Shown here: in pieces, positions 41,605-50,661 of the stretch
How positions within the stretch are numbered: the stretch's first letter is position 1
Layout of the letters: each line of letters starts with the position of its first letter
Assembly (NCBI GenBank): GCA_030529985.1
Contig: JAUMVV010000001.1
Span: forward strand, 17,333-81,332
Origin: Bacillota bacterium
GTDB taxonomy: Bacteria > Bacillota > Clostridia > Peptostreptococcales > Anaerovoracaceae
Direction: 5' to 3'
Length of the DNA stretch: 64,000 nucleotides
Made by a program: the position numbers and the translations under genes
The notes under the pieces: model-generated
What the model saw: the letters and a program-made list of their open reading frames with translations, nothing else
Told to the model about the DNA's origin: nothing
The model's database searches: none

Positions 41605-42483
41605 CTACAGCACCAGAGCCTTGACATAGTCGATAAATTTTTCCTCCGCTACGGGAAGAGGATGCCCCTTTCTCCATGTGAAGAGATAATCGACAGTGGA
41701 GTTTACCGTCTGAAGAGGACGAATCACAACATTATCATTGCGGACACCGAAAGTTTGTGGGAATATACTTATCCCCACATTTTTTTCTGCCAGAGCGACC
41801 GCATCCAGATAGCTGTCCATGCGGCAGACTATGGAGGGCTCCGTACCGTCCGCCTGAAACCACTTGTAAATCAACCGTTCCGTCGCCTTCCTGCTCTGAA
41901 TAATGAGAGGCTGATTTGCAAGACTGCGTATGCTTACAGGGGTCTTCGGGTCAGCCGAAAGGGGATGCTGTTTGCTGATTATCGCCGTCATTTTACCTTT
42001 GGCTACATTAAAGCTGTTGAGCAGGAGCTGGTCATATGGATCGGTGATCACAGCGAGGCTGATGATGCCGCTGCGCATCTTTTCCGTGAGTTCATCGCTG
42101 CTGCCATCGACTATGAGAAATTTTATGCGGGGATATTCGGTAAGAAATCCGGCGATCCATTCCGCCGCCATGGAAGGAGCGATACCCTCAACAAGACCGA
42201 GGGAGATCGTCCCGGTTATACCGCTGTTCATGGATCGGATTTCCGCCTGAGCCTGCTCAGACAGTCTTAACATCTCTTTGGCTCTCCTGTACAGAAGCTG
42301 TCCCGAATCCGTCAGCTTGAGAGACCTCTTGCCTCTGATAAAAAGCTGCGTGTCCAGCTCCTCCTCAAGTTTTTTGATCTGTGCGCTCAGAGGCGGCTGG
42401 CTTATGTTAAGAATGGCGGCTGCCTTTGTGATATTAAGCTCCTCTGCAACTGTAGCAAAGTATTTCAGCGTTCTCAGTTCCAT
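41605..42483 (-). CDS. LysR family transcriptional regulator
   Basis: NITKAAAILNISQPPLSAQIKKLEEEL. Confidence 0.93.
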   Translation of the reverse strand: MELRTLKYFATVAEELNITKAAAILNISQPPLSAQIKKLEEELDTQLFIRGKRSLKLTDSGQLLYRRAKEMLRLSEQAQAEIRSMNSGITGTISLGLVEGIAPSMAAEWIAGFLTEYPRIKFLIVDGSSDELTEKMRSGIISLAVITDPYDQLLLNSFNVAKGKMTAIISKQHPLSADPKTPVSIRSLANQPLIIQSRKATERLIYKWFQADGTEPSIVCRMDSYLDAVALAEKNVGISIFPQTFGVRNDNVVIRPLQTVNSTVDYLFTWRKGHPLPVAEEKFIDYVKALVL

Positions 42484-42504
42484 ATAAATCTCCCCTCACC
42501 TACT

Positions 42505-42543
42505 ATATGAAAAAGATATGGTAATACATATATTATATGTATT
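42505..42543. promoter_or_regulatory. Putative LysR operator and adjacent palindrome in the divergent promoter
   Basis: ATAT-N7-ATAT (T-N11-A) at 42505-42519; AATACATATA-T-TATATGTATT at 42523-42543. Confidence 0.55.
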
Positions 42544-42615
42544 TTGTTTAATTGCTTCAAGCCCATATAATGATATTGGAAGACAGAGCGTACTTTTTTT
42601 CAGGAGGATATAGAT

Positions 42616-43815
42616 ATGGCGCGTTTAGTGGGAACAGTTTCAAGAGGAATAAGACTTCCTATTATCAAAGAACAGGATGATCTCAGGAAAGCGGTGGTAG
42701 AGTCGGTAATGGCTGCCGCAGGAGATGAAGAATGGGGATTTAAAATCCGCAACAGGGACATAATCTGTGTAACGGAATCCGTTGTTGCCAGAGCACAGTC
42801 AAATTACGCCTCCACAGAGGATATCACAAAGGATGTGACGATCAAGCTGGGGAACGAAACGATAGGGCTGGTGTTCCCTATAATGTCAAGGAACCGTTTC
42901 GCGATCTGCCTCAGAGGAATCGCGGGAGCGGCGAAGAAAATCGTATTGCAGATGTCATATCCTTCAGACGAAAAAGGCAATCAGCTTGTGGATCCGGAAG
43001 AGGTTTACAGGCGGGGTCTCGACCCTTACCGGGATATTCTGGATGTTGAGAAATTCAGAGAGTATTTCGGTTGTCCGACGCATAAATTCACAGGCGTTAA
43101 CTATATAGAATATTACACGAAGCTGATTGAAGAGTCGGGAGCGGAGTGCCGTATCATATTCGGAAACGATCCGAAGGAGATCATGAAATATACGGACAGA
43201 ATACTGGTCTGCGACATCCATACTAAGGAGACCACGAAGAAGATGCTTAAGGATGCAGGTGCAAAGACAGTGCTGGGGCTTGACGACATAATGACCTTAC
43301 CGGTGAACGGCAGCGGTTACAATCCTGAGTACGGGCTTCTGGGAAGCAACAAGGCAACAGAAAATTCCGTTAAGCTCTTTCCTTGTGAAGCACAGGGCTT
43401 TGTGGACGGAATCAAGGAGGACATGAAGAAGCTGACCGGAAAGGATGTGGAGGTAATGATATACGGAGACGGCTGCTTCCATGATCCCGTTTGCGGAATA
43501 TGGGAGTTCGCTGATCCTGAAGTAGCACCGTACTATACAGAGGGGCTCAGAGGAACGCCAAACGAGCTGAAGATAAAATACCTTGCGGACAATGCATTCA
43601 GCGACATGAAGGGTGAGGAACTGGATGAGGCGATCAGGAAAGAGATAGGAAAAAAGGATGCTGACCTGGTGGGCAATATGGCAGCGGAGGGAACCACCCC
43701 GAGAAGGCTGACTGACCTTATAGGCTCTCTCTGCGACCTGACCTCGGGTTCAGGCGACAAGGGTACACCTGTAGTCTACATTCAAGGGTACTTCGACAAT
43801 TACACTGCGGAATAA
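42616..43815 (+). CDS. CofE-like (F420-0:gamma-glutamyl ligase family) protein of unknown substrate
   Basis: RGIRLPII, VTESVVAR, GSLCDLTSGSGDKGTPVVYIQG. Confidence 0.8.
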   Translation: MARLVGTVSRGIRLPIIKEQDDLRKAVVESVMAAAGDEEWGFKIRNRDIICVTESVVARAQSNYASTEDITKDVTIKLGNETIGLVFPIMSRNRFAICLRGIAGAAKKIVLQMSYPSDEKGNQLVDPEEVYRRGLDPYRDILDVEKFREYFGCPTHKFTGVNYIEYYTKLIEESGAECRIIFGNDPKEIMKYTDRILVCDIHTKETTKKMLKDAGAKTVLGLDDIMTLPVNGSGYNPEYGLLGSNKATENSVKLFPCEAQGFVDGIKEDMKKLTGKDVEVMIYGDGCFHDPVCGIWEFADPEVAPYYTEGLRGTPNELKIKYLADNAFSDMKGEELDEAIRKEIGKKDADLVGNMAAEGTTPRRLTDLIGSLCDLTSGSGDKGTPVVYIQGYFDNYTAE

Positions 43816-43968
43816 CGGGATAGAGACGGAGGACAGGGAATAGAGACATGAAGCGGCAGGCCGGGAGCAGTTATACCCTTGGCTTGCCATTTTGAACTTC
43901 AGGCGAAAGAAAAAAATACTGCAAGAGAGATAAGCAGAGAAGATAAGTGCAGAGCAAAGGAGACCAAG

Positions 43969-44979
43969 ATGTCAGAACTAATAATACCGAAAAAATATTC
44001 TCCGGTAATCGATATACCGGAAACTCAGAAAGCAATCAAGATGATAAAAGACTCCTTTCAGCAGGATCTTCAGGAGAGACTGGCGCTGACAAGAGTTTCG
44101 GCGCCGCTCTTCGTTGATCCGGAAACAGGTCTGAACGATGACCTGAACGGAACAGAACGGGCGGTGAGATTTACCGTGAAGGATATGGGGGAAAAGCCGG
44201 TTGAAATCGTACAGTCACTTGCGAAATGGAAGAGACTGGCTCTTGCAGAATATAAATTTGAGGCGGGCACAGGTCTGTATACGGATATGAACGCGATAAG
44301 GCGGGATGAAGAGCTTGATAACCTTCACTCGATATATGTTGACCAGTGGGACTGGGAAAAGGTGATAAGACAAGAGGACAGGGGTGAGGAATACCTCCGG
44401 GAGACGGTGGGCAGAATATACACTTCACTGAAGGTTCTGAGTGAGCATGTCGGCAGAGAGTATCCGGAGCTGAGGACGGAGCTTCCGGAAGAGATATATT
44501 TTATCTCCTCACAGGAGCTTGAGGACAGGTATCCGGCGCTTGGCAGCAGAGAAAGAGAAAGAGAAATCTGCAGAGAGAAAAGAGCCGTCTTTATCCTCGG
44601 AATAGGAGGCGCGTTAAAATCGGGCAGCCCCCATGACGGCAGAGCCCCGGATTATGACGACTGGGAGCTTAACGGAGATATTCTGCTGTGGAATGAAATT
44701 CTGGAATGTGCATTTGAAATTTCTTCAATGGGGATAAGAGTAGATGCAAAGGCAATGGAGAAGCAGCTTAAAATTGCAGGAGCAGAGGAAAGAAGAGAAA
44801 GAGATTTTCACAGGAAGGTGCTGAAGGGAGAGCTGCCGTATACCATCGGAGGAGGCATCGGACAGTCAAGGCTGTGTATGTACTTTTTAAGGAGAGCACA
44901 CATAGGAGAAGTGCAGGTGGCGATCTGGCCTGAAGAAATGAGAAAACGCTGCAGGGAAAAAGGAATACTGCTTCTGTGA
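43969..44979 (+). CDS. asnA: Aspartate--ammonia ligase
   Basis: GLNDDLNG, VQSLAKWKR, HSIYVDQWDWE, HDGRAPDYDDW, GGGIGQSR. Confidence 0.95.
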   Translation: MSELIIPKKYSPVIDIPETQKAIKMIKDSFQQDLQERLALTRVSAPLFVDPETGLNDDLNGTERAVRFTVKDMGEKPVEIVQSLAKWKRLALAEYKFEAGTGLYTDMNAIRRDEELDNLHSIYVDQWDWEKVIRQEDRGEEYLRETVGRIYTSLKVLSEHVGREYPELRTELPEEIYFISSQELEDRYPALGSREREREICREKRAVFILGIGGALKSGSPHDGRAPDYDDWELNGDILLWNEILECAFEISSMGIRVDAKAMEKQLKIAGAEERRERDFHRKVLKGELPYTIGGGIGQSRLCMYFLRRAHIGEVQVAIWPEEMRKRCREKGILLL

Positions 44980-45131
44980 ATGTTCCGTCCGCTGCATTTC
45001 GGGAGAAGGGATATTGGATGCTCATAAAAGCCGGACTGCGGAGGAGACTGCTGTGATTTTACAGAGGGAGCTTGAGCAGCTTACAGAATTTGAAGAAGCA
45101 TACAGGAAAAAGACAAGGAAAAGACGAACAA

Positions 45132-46439
45132 ATGAAAAACTATTATCAGAAGGAGATCGAAACCGCATCAAGAGAAGATATTATCAGGATACAGGAAGAG
45201 AAGTTGATAAAACAGGTGCGGCATGTTTACGACAGGGTGCCCTATTACAGAAATATGATGGAGGAGAAAGGCGTAGAGCCCGGAGATATCAGAGGGCTGG
45301 AGGACATTCACAGAATGCCCTTTCTCTGTAAGGATGATTTAAGAGAGGCTTATCCCTACGGACTTCTGGGAACGGATCTGAAGAACTGCGTGAGAATACA
45401 GTCAACATCGGGGACAACGGGTAAAAGGGTTATTGCCTTCTATACACAGAAGGATGTGGATCTCTGGGAGGAATGCTGTGCCAGAGCTATTGTTGCGGCA
45501 GGAGGAAGCGACGAGGATGTATGTCATGTAGCATACGGATACGGGCTGTTCACCGGCGGGGCGGGTCTGAACGGGGGCGCTCACAAGGTGGGGTGCCTGA
45601 CCCTGCCTATGTCTTCCGGGAATACTGACAGGCAGATCCGTTTCATGATGGATATGGGCTCTACCATTCTCTGCTGCACACCGTCTTACGCTGCGTACCT
45701 GGGAGAAACCATGGCAGAGCAGCAGATTCTGCCTGAAGACAACAAACTGAAGGCCGGAATATTCGGAGCAGAGCCGTGGACAGAGGAGATGAGACAGAGT
45801 ATAGAAAAAAGTCTGGGGATAAAAGCCTATGATATCTACGGCCTCACGGAAACCAGCGGGCCGGGCGTGGCGTTTGAATGTGAAGAACAAAATGGCATGC
45901 ATATAAACGAGGATCATTTTTACGCCGAAATAGTGGATCCTGATACGGGGGAAGTGCTGCCTGAAGGCTCCAGGGGAGAACTGGTGCTGACATCGCTGGA
46001 CAAGGAGGCCTTCCCGCTGCTCCGGTACAGGACAAGAGATATCTGCATTCTCTCCCGTGAAGAGTGCACCTGCGGCAGAACTCATGTGAAAATGACAAAG
46101 CCTATGGGAAGAAGCGATGATATGCTGATCATCAGAGGAGTGAATGTCTTCCCGAGCCAGATAGAGGCCGTTTTGCTGAAGGAGGGATACTCTCCCAATT
46201 ATCAGATGGAAATCGACAGAAAAAACAATACCGACACCTTCGACGTTTATGTTGAAATGTCGGAGCTTCAGATGTCTGACAGAATATCGGATATACAGAA
46301 GAGAGAGAAGGAAATTGAAGCATCCATGAGGGCGATGCTGGGTATCGGACCTAAAATTCATCTGGTTCCGCTTAAATCAATAGCGCGAAGCGAGGGCAAG
46401 GCGGTAAGAGTTGTGGATAAGAGAAAACTGCACGATTGA
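45132..46439 (+). CDS. paaK: Phenylacetate--CoA ligase family protein
   Basis: STSGTTG, YGYGLFTGG, DIYGLTE, RYRTRD, GRSDDMLIIRGVNVFPSQIE. Confidence 0.88.
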   Translation: MKNYYQKEIETASREDIIRIQEEKLIKQVRHVYDRVPYYRNMMEEKGVEPGDIRGLEDIHRMPFLCKDDLREAYPYGLLGTDLKNCVRIQSTSGTTGKRVIAFYTQKDVDLWEECCARAIVAAGGSDEDVCHVAYGYGLFTGGAGLNGGAHKVGCLTLPMSSGNTDRQIRFMMDMGSTILCCTPSYAAYLGETMAEQQILPEDNKLKAGIFGAEPWTEEMRQSIEKSLGIKAYDIYGLTETSGPGVAFECEEQNGMHINEDHFYAEIVDPDTGEVLPEGSRGELVLTSLDKEAFPLLRYRTRDICILSREECTCGRTHVKMTKPMGRSDDMLIIRGVNVFPSQIEAVLLKEGYSPNYQMEIDRKNNTDTFDVYVEMSELQMSDRISDIQKREKEIEASMRAMLGIGPKIHLVPLKSIARSEGKAVRVVDKRKLHD

Positions 46440-46452
46440 GGAGGTAAAGGAA

Positions 46453-46887
46453 ATGACAGTAACACAGCTTTCTGTATATATGGAGAACAAGCCGGGGAGG
46501 CTGGCCGCAGTGATTTCGAAGCTGTCGGAAGCGGATATCAACATCAGGGCCCTGAGCCTGGCAGACACCAGCGATTTCGGGCTGGTGCGGCTTATCGTAT
46601 CTGACCCGGAAAGGGGAAGAGACATACTGAAGGAGATGACGCTGGTGTTCTCCAACCGGGTTCTGGCCGTTGAAATGGACGACAGAAGCGGAGCGTTGAG
46701 CGCCATTCTGGATGCCCTGAAGGAAGGGGCTGTTAATGTGGAGTACATGTATGCCTTCACAGGGAAGCAGCCTTACAGCGCGTATGTTGTAATGCAGGTG
46801 GACGACATGAAAAGGGCGGAAGAGGTGCTGGACAGGGAAAAGATAAGAACCCTTTGCGACGAAGATCTGCCGGAATATCGGGGCTAA
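46453..46887 (+). CDS. ACT domain protein
   Basis: QLSVYMENKPGRL, NVEYMYAF; typical paaK neighbour. Confidence 0.85.
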   Translation: MTVTQLSVYMENKPGRLAAVISKLSEADINIRALSLADTSDFGLVRLIVSDPERGRDILKEMTLVFSNRVLAVEMDDRSGALSAILDALKEGAVNVEYMYAFTGKQPYSAYVVMQVDDMKRAEEVLDREKIRTLCDEDLPEYRG

Positions 46888-46967
46888 GGAGACAGCACGG
46901 GCGGCTCCTGGTGGCAGCGTGTCCTGAATAAAAAACAAGAATAAGACAAGAAAAACTCAAAGAGCAC

Positions 46968-46997
46968 TTTACACGGATAAGGCACAGGGGGTATTAT
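46968..46997 (+). promoter_or_regulatory. Putative promoter of the pur leader
   Basis: TTTACA-18 nt-TATTAT about 20 nt upstream of the purine aptamer. Confidence 0.55.
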
Positions 46998-47017
46998 AGA
47001 GGTGAACTAAATAGGAA

Positions 47018-47150
47018 GTTTACTAATATATATTCAGTATGATGGCCTGAAAGTTTCTACCACGCGCCGAAAAAAAGTGACTATTAGTAGGTTGTTTTGA
47101 TTTTGTATTTATATTAGTAAACAGGTTTATTTCCAATAGGCCTGTTTTTT
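47018..47150 (+). ncRNA. Purine (guanine-type) riboswitch with antiterminator and terminator
   Basis: P1 TACTAATA/TATTAGTA, P2 TTCAG/CTGAA with loop ATGATGG, J2/3 AGTTTCTAC, L3 CCGAAAA, J3/1 AC (specificity C at 47081); terminator at 47119-47150. Confidence 0.85.
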
Positions 47151-47175
47151 GTATTTCAGAATCAAAAGGCCGGAA

Positions 47176-47290
47176 CCTGTCGTAACTGACGAAGAGCGGA
47201 GCACCGCATGGAAGCGGCAGGGGATCATTTGTCGTTCGTCTGGGCAGAATCAGTTCATTTACTGGATTGGTCTGCCCTTGTTTAATTTTT
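47176..47290 (+). ncRNA. ZMP/ZTP (pfl) riboswitch with terminator
   Basis: CCTGTCG-TAACTGACGAA-GA-GCGG(AGCA)CCGC-ATGGAAG-CGGCAGG, 3' hairpin GTCGTTCGTCTGGGC, pseudoknot GACGAA/TTCGTC; terminator GGGCAGA...TCTGCCC-TTGTTT. Confidence 0.88.
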
Positions 47291-47306
47291 ATAATAGGAG
47301 AAGATA

Positions 47307-47789
47307 ATGAAAAAGGTCGGAATAGTAATGGGCTCAGACAGTGATATGCCTGTAGCAGAGAAAGCAATTGAACGCCTGAAGGGATTCGGGATCCCTTATG
47401 AGGTGCACATCTATTCGGCACACCGCACGCCGGAACAGGCGAAAGCCTTCGCGGAGGGAGCTGAAAGAGCCGGTTTCGGCACAATAATAGCTCTGGCGGG
47501 AAAAGCCGCACATCTGGCAGGAGCGTTGGCGGCGAACACCACACTGCCGGTGATCGGGGTTCCGGTAAAGTCCTCAACACTTGACGGTCTGGACGCATTG
47601 CTTTCGACGGTGCAGATGCCAGGCGGGATCCCGGTGGCGACTGTGGCGATCGATGGTGCGGCAAACGCGGCGATTCTGGCGGCACAGATAATAGCGACAG
47701 GTGACGGGGAGCTTGCGGCAGCAATCAGAGAAGATCGTGCAAAAGCAGCAGCAGAGGTTCTGAAGAAGGATGCTGCACTGAACATATAA
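47307..47789 (+). CDS. purE: N5-CAIR mutase / AIR carboxylase
   Basis: [30 protein letters not shown]. Confidence 0.96.
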   Translation: MKKVGIVMGSDSDMPVAEKAIERLKGFGIPYEVHIYSAHRTPEQAKAFAEGAERAGFGTIIALAGKAAHLAGALAANTTLPVIGVPVKSSTLDGLDALLSTVQMPGGIPVATVAIDGAANAAILAAQIIATGDGELAAAIREDRAKAAAEVLKKDAALNI

Positions 47790-47805
47790 CGACAGGAGGT
47801 TTACC

Positions 47806-48489
47806 ATGGAAAAATTAGTTTACACAGGAAAGACAAAGGATGTATTCGCACTGGACAACGGCAACTATATGCTTAAGTTCAAGGATGACTGTACCGGCAG
47901 GGACGGCGTGTTTGATCCGGGAGAAAACGCAGTCGGACTGACAATCGAAGGTGTCGGCGATGTAAACCTCAGGATGTCGGTTTACTTCTTCGAAAAGATA
48001 AATGCGGCAGGCATCAGGACCCATTTCGTAGGCGCCGACTTGGACAACACCACTATGGAGGTCAAGCCGGCCAAGGTCTTCGGCAAGGGACTCGAGGTGA
48101 TCTGCAGGCACAAGGCGGTAGGTTCGTTCTTCAGAAGGTACGGCGAATACATAGAAGAAGGTGCGGATCTTCCCGCATATGTGGAAACAACCTTCAAGAA
48201 CGACGAGCTGGGCGACCCGCTGGTGACAAAGGACGGGCTTATAGTTCTGGGTGTGATGACGGATGAACAGTACGAGGACCTGAAGGAAATGACACAGAAG
48301 ATCACCCGCATCGTAGCCGACGATCTCCTTGAAAAGGGGCTGGTGCTGTATGACATCAAGTTTGAGTTCGGCTACAACGAAGAGGGCAAGGTGATGCTTA
48401 TCGACGAGATAGCATCGGGCAACATGAGGGTTTACAAGGACGGAGAATACATCGGACCGCTGACACTGTCGGAACTGTTCTTCGCATAA
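47806..48489 (+). CDS. purC: SAICAR synthetase
   Basis: GKTKDVF, FKDD, DIKFEFG, LIDEI. Confidence 0.94.
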   Translation: MEKLVYTGKTKDVFALDNGNYMLKFKDDCTGRDGVFDPGENAVGLTIEGVGDVNLRMSVYFFEKINAAGIRTHFVGADLDNTTMEVKPAKVFGKGLEVICRHKAVGSFFRRYGEYIEEGADLPAYVETTFKNDELGDPLVTKDGLIVLGVMTDEQYEDLKEMTQKITRIVADDLLEKGLVLYDIKFEFGYNEEGKVMLIDEIASGNMRVYKDGEYIGPLTLSELFFA

Positions 48490-48512
48490 TTCCCGCGATA
48501 CGGAGGTAATTG

Positions 48513-49172
48513 ATGATATATTCAGAAAAAACATGCAGAGATTTCGTAAATGCGGTTGCAACGCCTGAACCCATTCCGGGCGGAGGCAGCGTTGCGGCGC
48601 TGGTAGGTGCTCTGGGAGCGGCTCTTTCGACCATGGTTGCTTCACTGACCCTCAGCAATAAGAAATATATCGCTGTTGAAGCGGAAATGGAGAAGAACAT
48701 TCAGGAAATCCATAAGCTGCAGGAGGATCTGATCAGCCTCGTTCAGAAGGACATAGATAACTTCGAGCCTCTGGCGAAGCTTTATAAAATGAAGTCAAAG
48801 GATCCTGAAGAGAAGAAGCGAATAAGAGAGGCCAAGCAGAAGGCGCTGTATGAGGCATGTCTGGTTCCTATGGAAATAATAAAGAAGTGCGGCAGGGCCA
48901 TTGAACTTTCGCAGGAATTTGCGGTGAAGGGCAACAAGGTGGTAATAGCGGATTCCGGCTCCAGCGCGGTGCTCTGCAAGGCAGCCATGCAGGCAGCCAG
49001 CTTCAATATCTACATCAATACGAATATGATGAAGGATAAGGAACTGGCACACAGGGTCAACGGAGAAACGGCACAGCGAATCGTATACTACGGAGCATTG
49101 GCGGATTCCGTATTCGGATATACGACAAATACACTTATGAATACTGTCATCGAGACAGGAGACACTATATAA
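48513..49172 (+). CDS. Cyclodeaminase/cyclohydrolase family protein (probable methenyl-THF cyclohydrolase, FchA-like)
   Basis: PIPGGGSVAAL, NIYIN; inside the pur operon. Confidence 0.8.
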   Translation: MIYSEKTCRDFVNAVATPEPIPGGGSVAALVGALGAALSTMVASLTLSNKKYIAVEAEMEKNIQEIHKLQEDLISLVQKDIDNFEPLAKLYKMKSKDPEEKKRIREAKQKALYEACLVPMEIIKKCGRAIELSQEFAVKGNKVVIADSGSSAVLCKAAMQAASFNIYINTNMMKDKELAHRVNGETAQRIVYYGALADSVFGYTTNTLMNTVIETGDTI

Positions 49173-49233
49173 CAATGCAGGAATGTGCGGCAAGCATAAG
49201 GTCACAGCACATTAGAAAGGATTTTATCGGAAA

Positions 49234-50658
49234 ATGGGCGGTTATTTTGGCGCAGTTTCATCACGAGATGTAACTCTGGATGTGTTTTACGGCACTGATT
49301 ACCATTCACACCTGGGAACCAAACGCGGCGGCATGGCGCTATACAGCGAAGAAAAAGGCTTCGACCGGGAAATACACAACATAGAGAACTCTCCCTTCAG
49401 AACCAAGTTTGAAGGCTCCATTGACAGCATGAACGGAACAGCGGGGATAGGATGCATAAGCGACTCCGATCCTCAACCGCTGCTCATACATTCAAATCTG
49501 GGAACCTATGCGATATGCTTCGTAGGCAAAATCAACAATGCGGATGCTCTCATGAAACAGTATCTGGCCTTCAGCGGAGGACATTTTGACGCTATGACCG
49601 GCGGCAGGATAAACAACACAGAGCTGCTTGCATCCATGGTGGATCAGAAGAGTGATTTCGTAAGCGGACTCAAATTCGCGCAGGAAGCTATAGAAGGCTC
49701 CGCATCTATACTGATACTCAAAGAAGACGGAAGCATAGTTGCTTCAAGAGACAAGCTGGGGAGAACACCCCTTCTTATAGGGAAGGATGAAAACGGTCAC
49801 GCCGTTGCATTCGAGTCCTTCGCATATGAGAAGCTGGGATATGAAACGGTTTACGAACCGGGACCGGGCGAGATAGTCGAGATAAGGGCGGACTCCTTCA
49901 CTACGAAGGCTCCGGCAGGAAAGAAGAAATGTATCTGTGCATTTCTGTGGTCCTACTACGGCTTTCCCACCTCCTGTTATGAAGGCATCAATGTGGAGCA
50001 CATGAGAAATATCAATGGTCACATAATGGCAAGAGAAGAGGCGAAGGACGGGAACAGCTTTGACTACGACTATATCTGCGGCGTTCCGGACTCGGGGATA
50101 GCTCATGCGATAGGTTATGCCAACGAATGCGGTGTGGACTATGCGAGACCATTCATCAAATACACGCCCACATGGCCAAGGAGCTTCATGCCGGGCTCAC
50201 AGAAGCAGAGCAGCAGAATCGCGGAGATGAAGCTGATACCCGTTACCCGGCTTATCAAGGATAAGAAGCTCCTCTTCGTGGATGACAGCATTGTCAGAGG
50301 AAACCAGCTTAAGAAGACAGGAGCCTTCCTATATTCCAGGGGAGCACGGGAGGTCCACATGAGATCCGCCTGTCCGCCTATAATGTACGGCTGCAGGTAT
50401 CTGAGTTTCGCAAGACAGACCGATGACAGAGAGCTCATTGCCAGGAAGGCGATTCTGGAGCTGGAAGGCGAAGAGGGCGAAAAGCACATAGGAGAATATT
50501 CAGATGGGAGAACCGACAGGGGCAGAGCACTGCGGGCACAGCTCTGCAAGATGATGAATTTTGATTCGTTGGAATTTCAGAACATAGAAGGAATACTCGA
50601 GGCGATAGGTCTCGATGAAGACAGCGTTTGCACATACTGCTGGAACGGAAGGGGATAG
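49234..50658 (+). CDS. purF: Amidophosphoribosyltransferase (variant lacking N-terminal Cys)
   Basis: SRDKLGRTPL, VPDSG, RSF, VDDSIVRG, ACPP, CTYCW; position in the pur operon. Confidence 0.88.
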   Translation: MGGYFGAVSSRDVTLDVFYGTDYHSHLGTKRGGMALYSEEKGFDREIHNIENSPFRTKFEGSIDSMNGTAGIGCISDSDPQPLLIHSNLGTYAICFVGKINNADALMKQYLAFSGGHFDAMTGGRINNTELLASMVDQKSDFVSGLKFAQEAIEGSASILILKEDGSIVASRDKLGRTPLLIGKDENGHAVAFESFAYEKLGYETVYEPGPGEIVEIRADSFTTKAPAGKKKCICAFLWSYYGFPTSCYEGINVEHMRNINGHIMAREEAKDGNSFDYDYICGVPDSGIAHAIGYANECGVDYARPFIKYTPTWPRSFMPGSQKQSSRIAEMKLIPVTRLIKDKKLLFVDDSIVRGNQLKKTGAFLYSRGAREVHMRSACPPIMYGCRYLSFARQTDDRELIARKAILELEGEEGEKHIGEYSDGRTDRGRALRAQLCKMMNFDSLEFQNIEGILEAIGLDEDSVCTYCWNGRG

Positions 50659-50661
50659 GTA

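Noticed and set aside
43816-43968. Possible T-box upstream of asnA
   Set aside because: No T-box consensus (GGTGG.ACC) or terminator visible
45014-45331. 105 aa ORF with helical-looking start overlapping paaK
   Set aside because: Overlaps paaK out of frame by 200 bp, TTG start, no motif support
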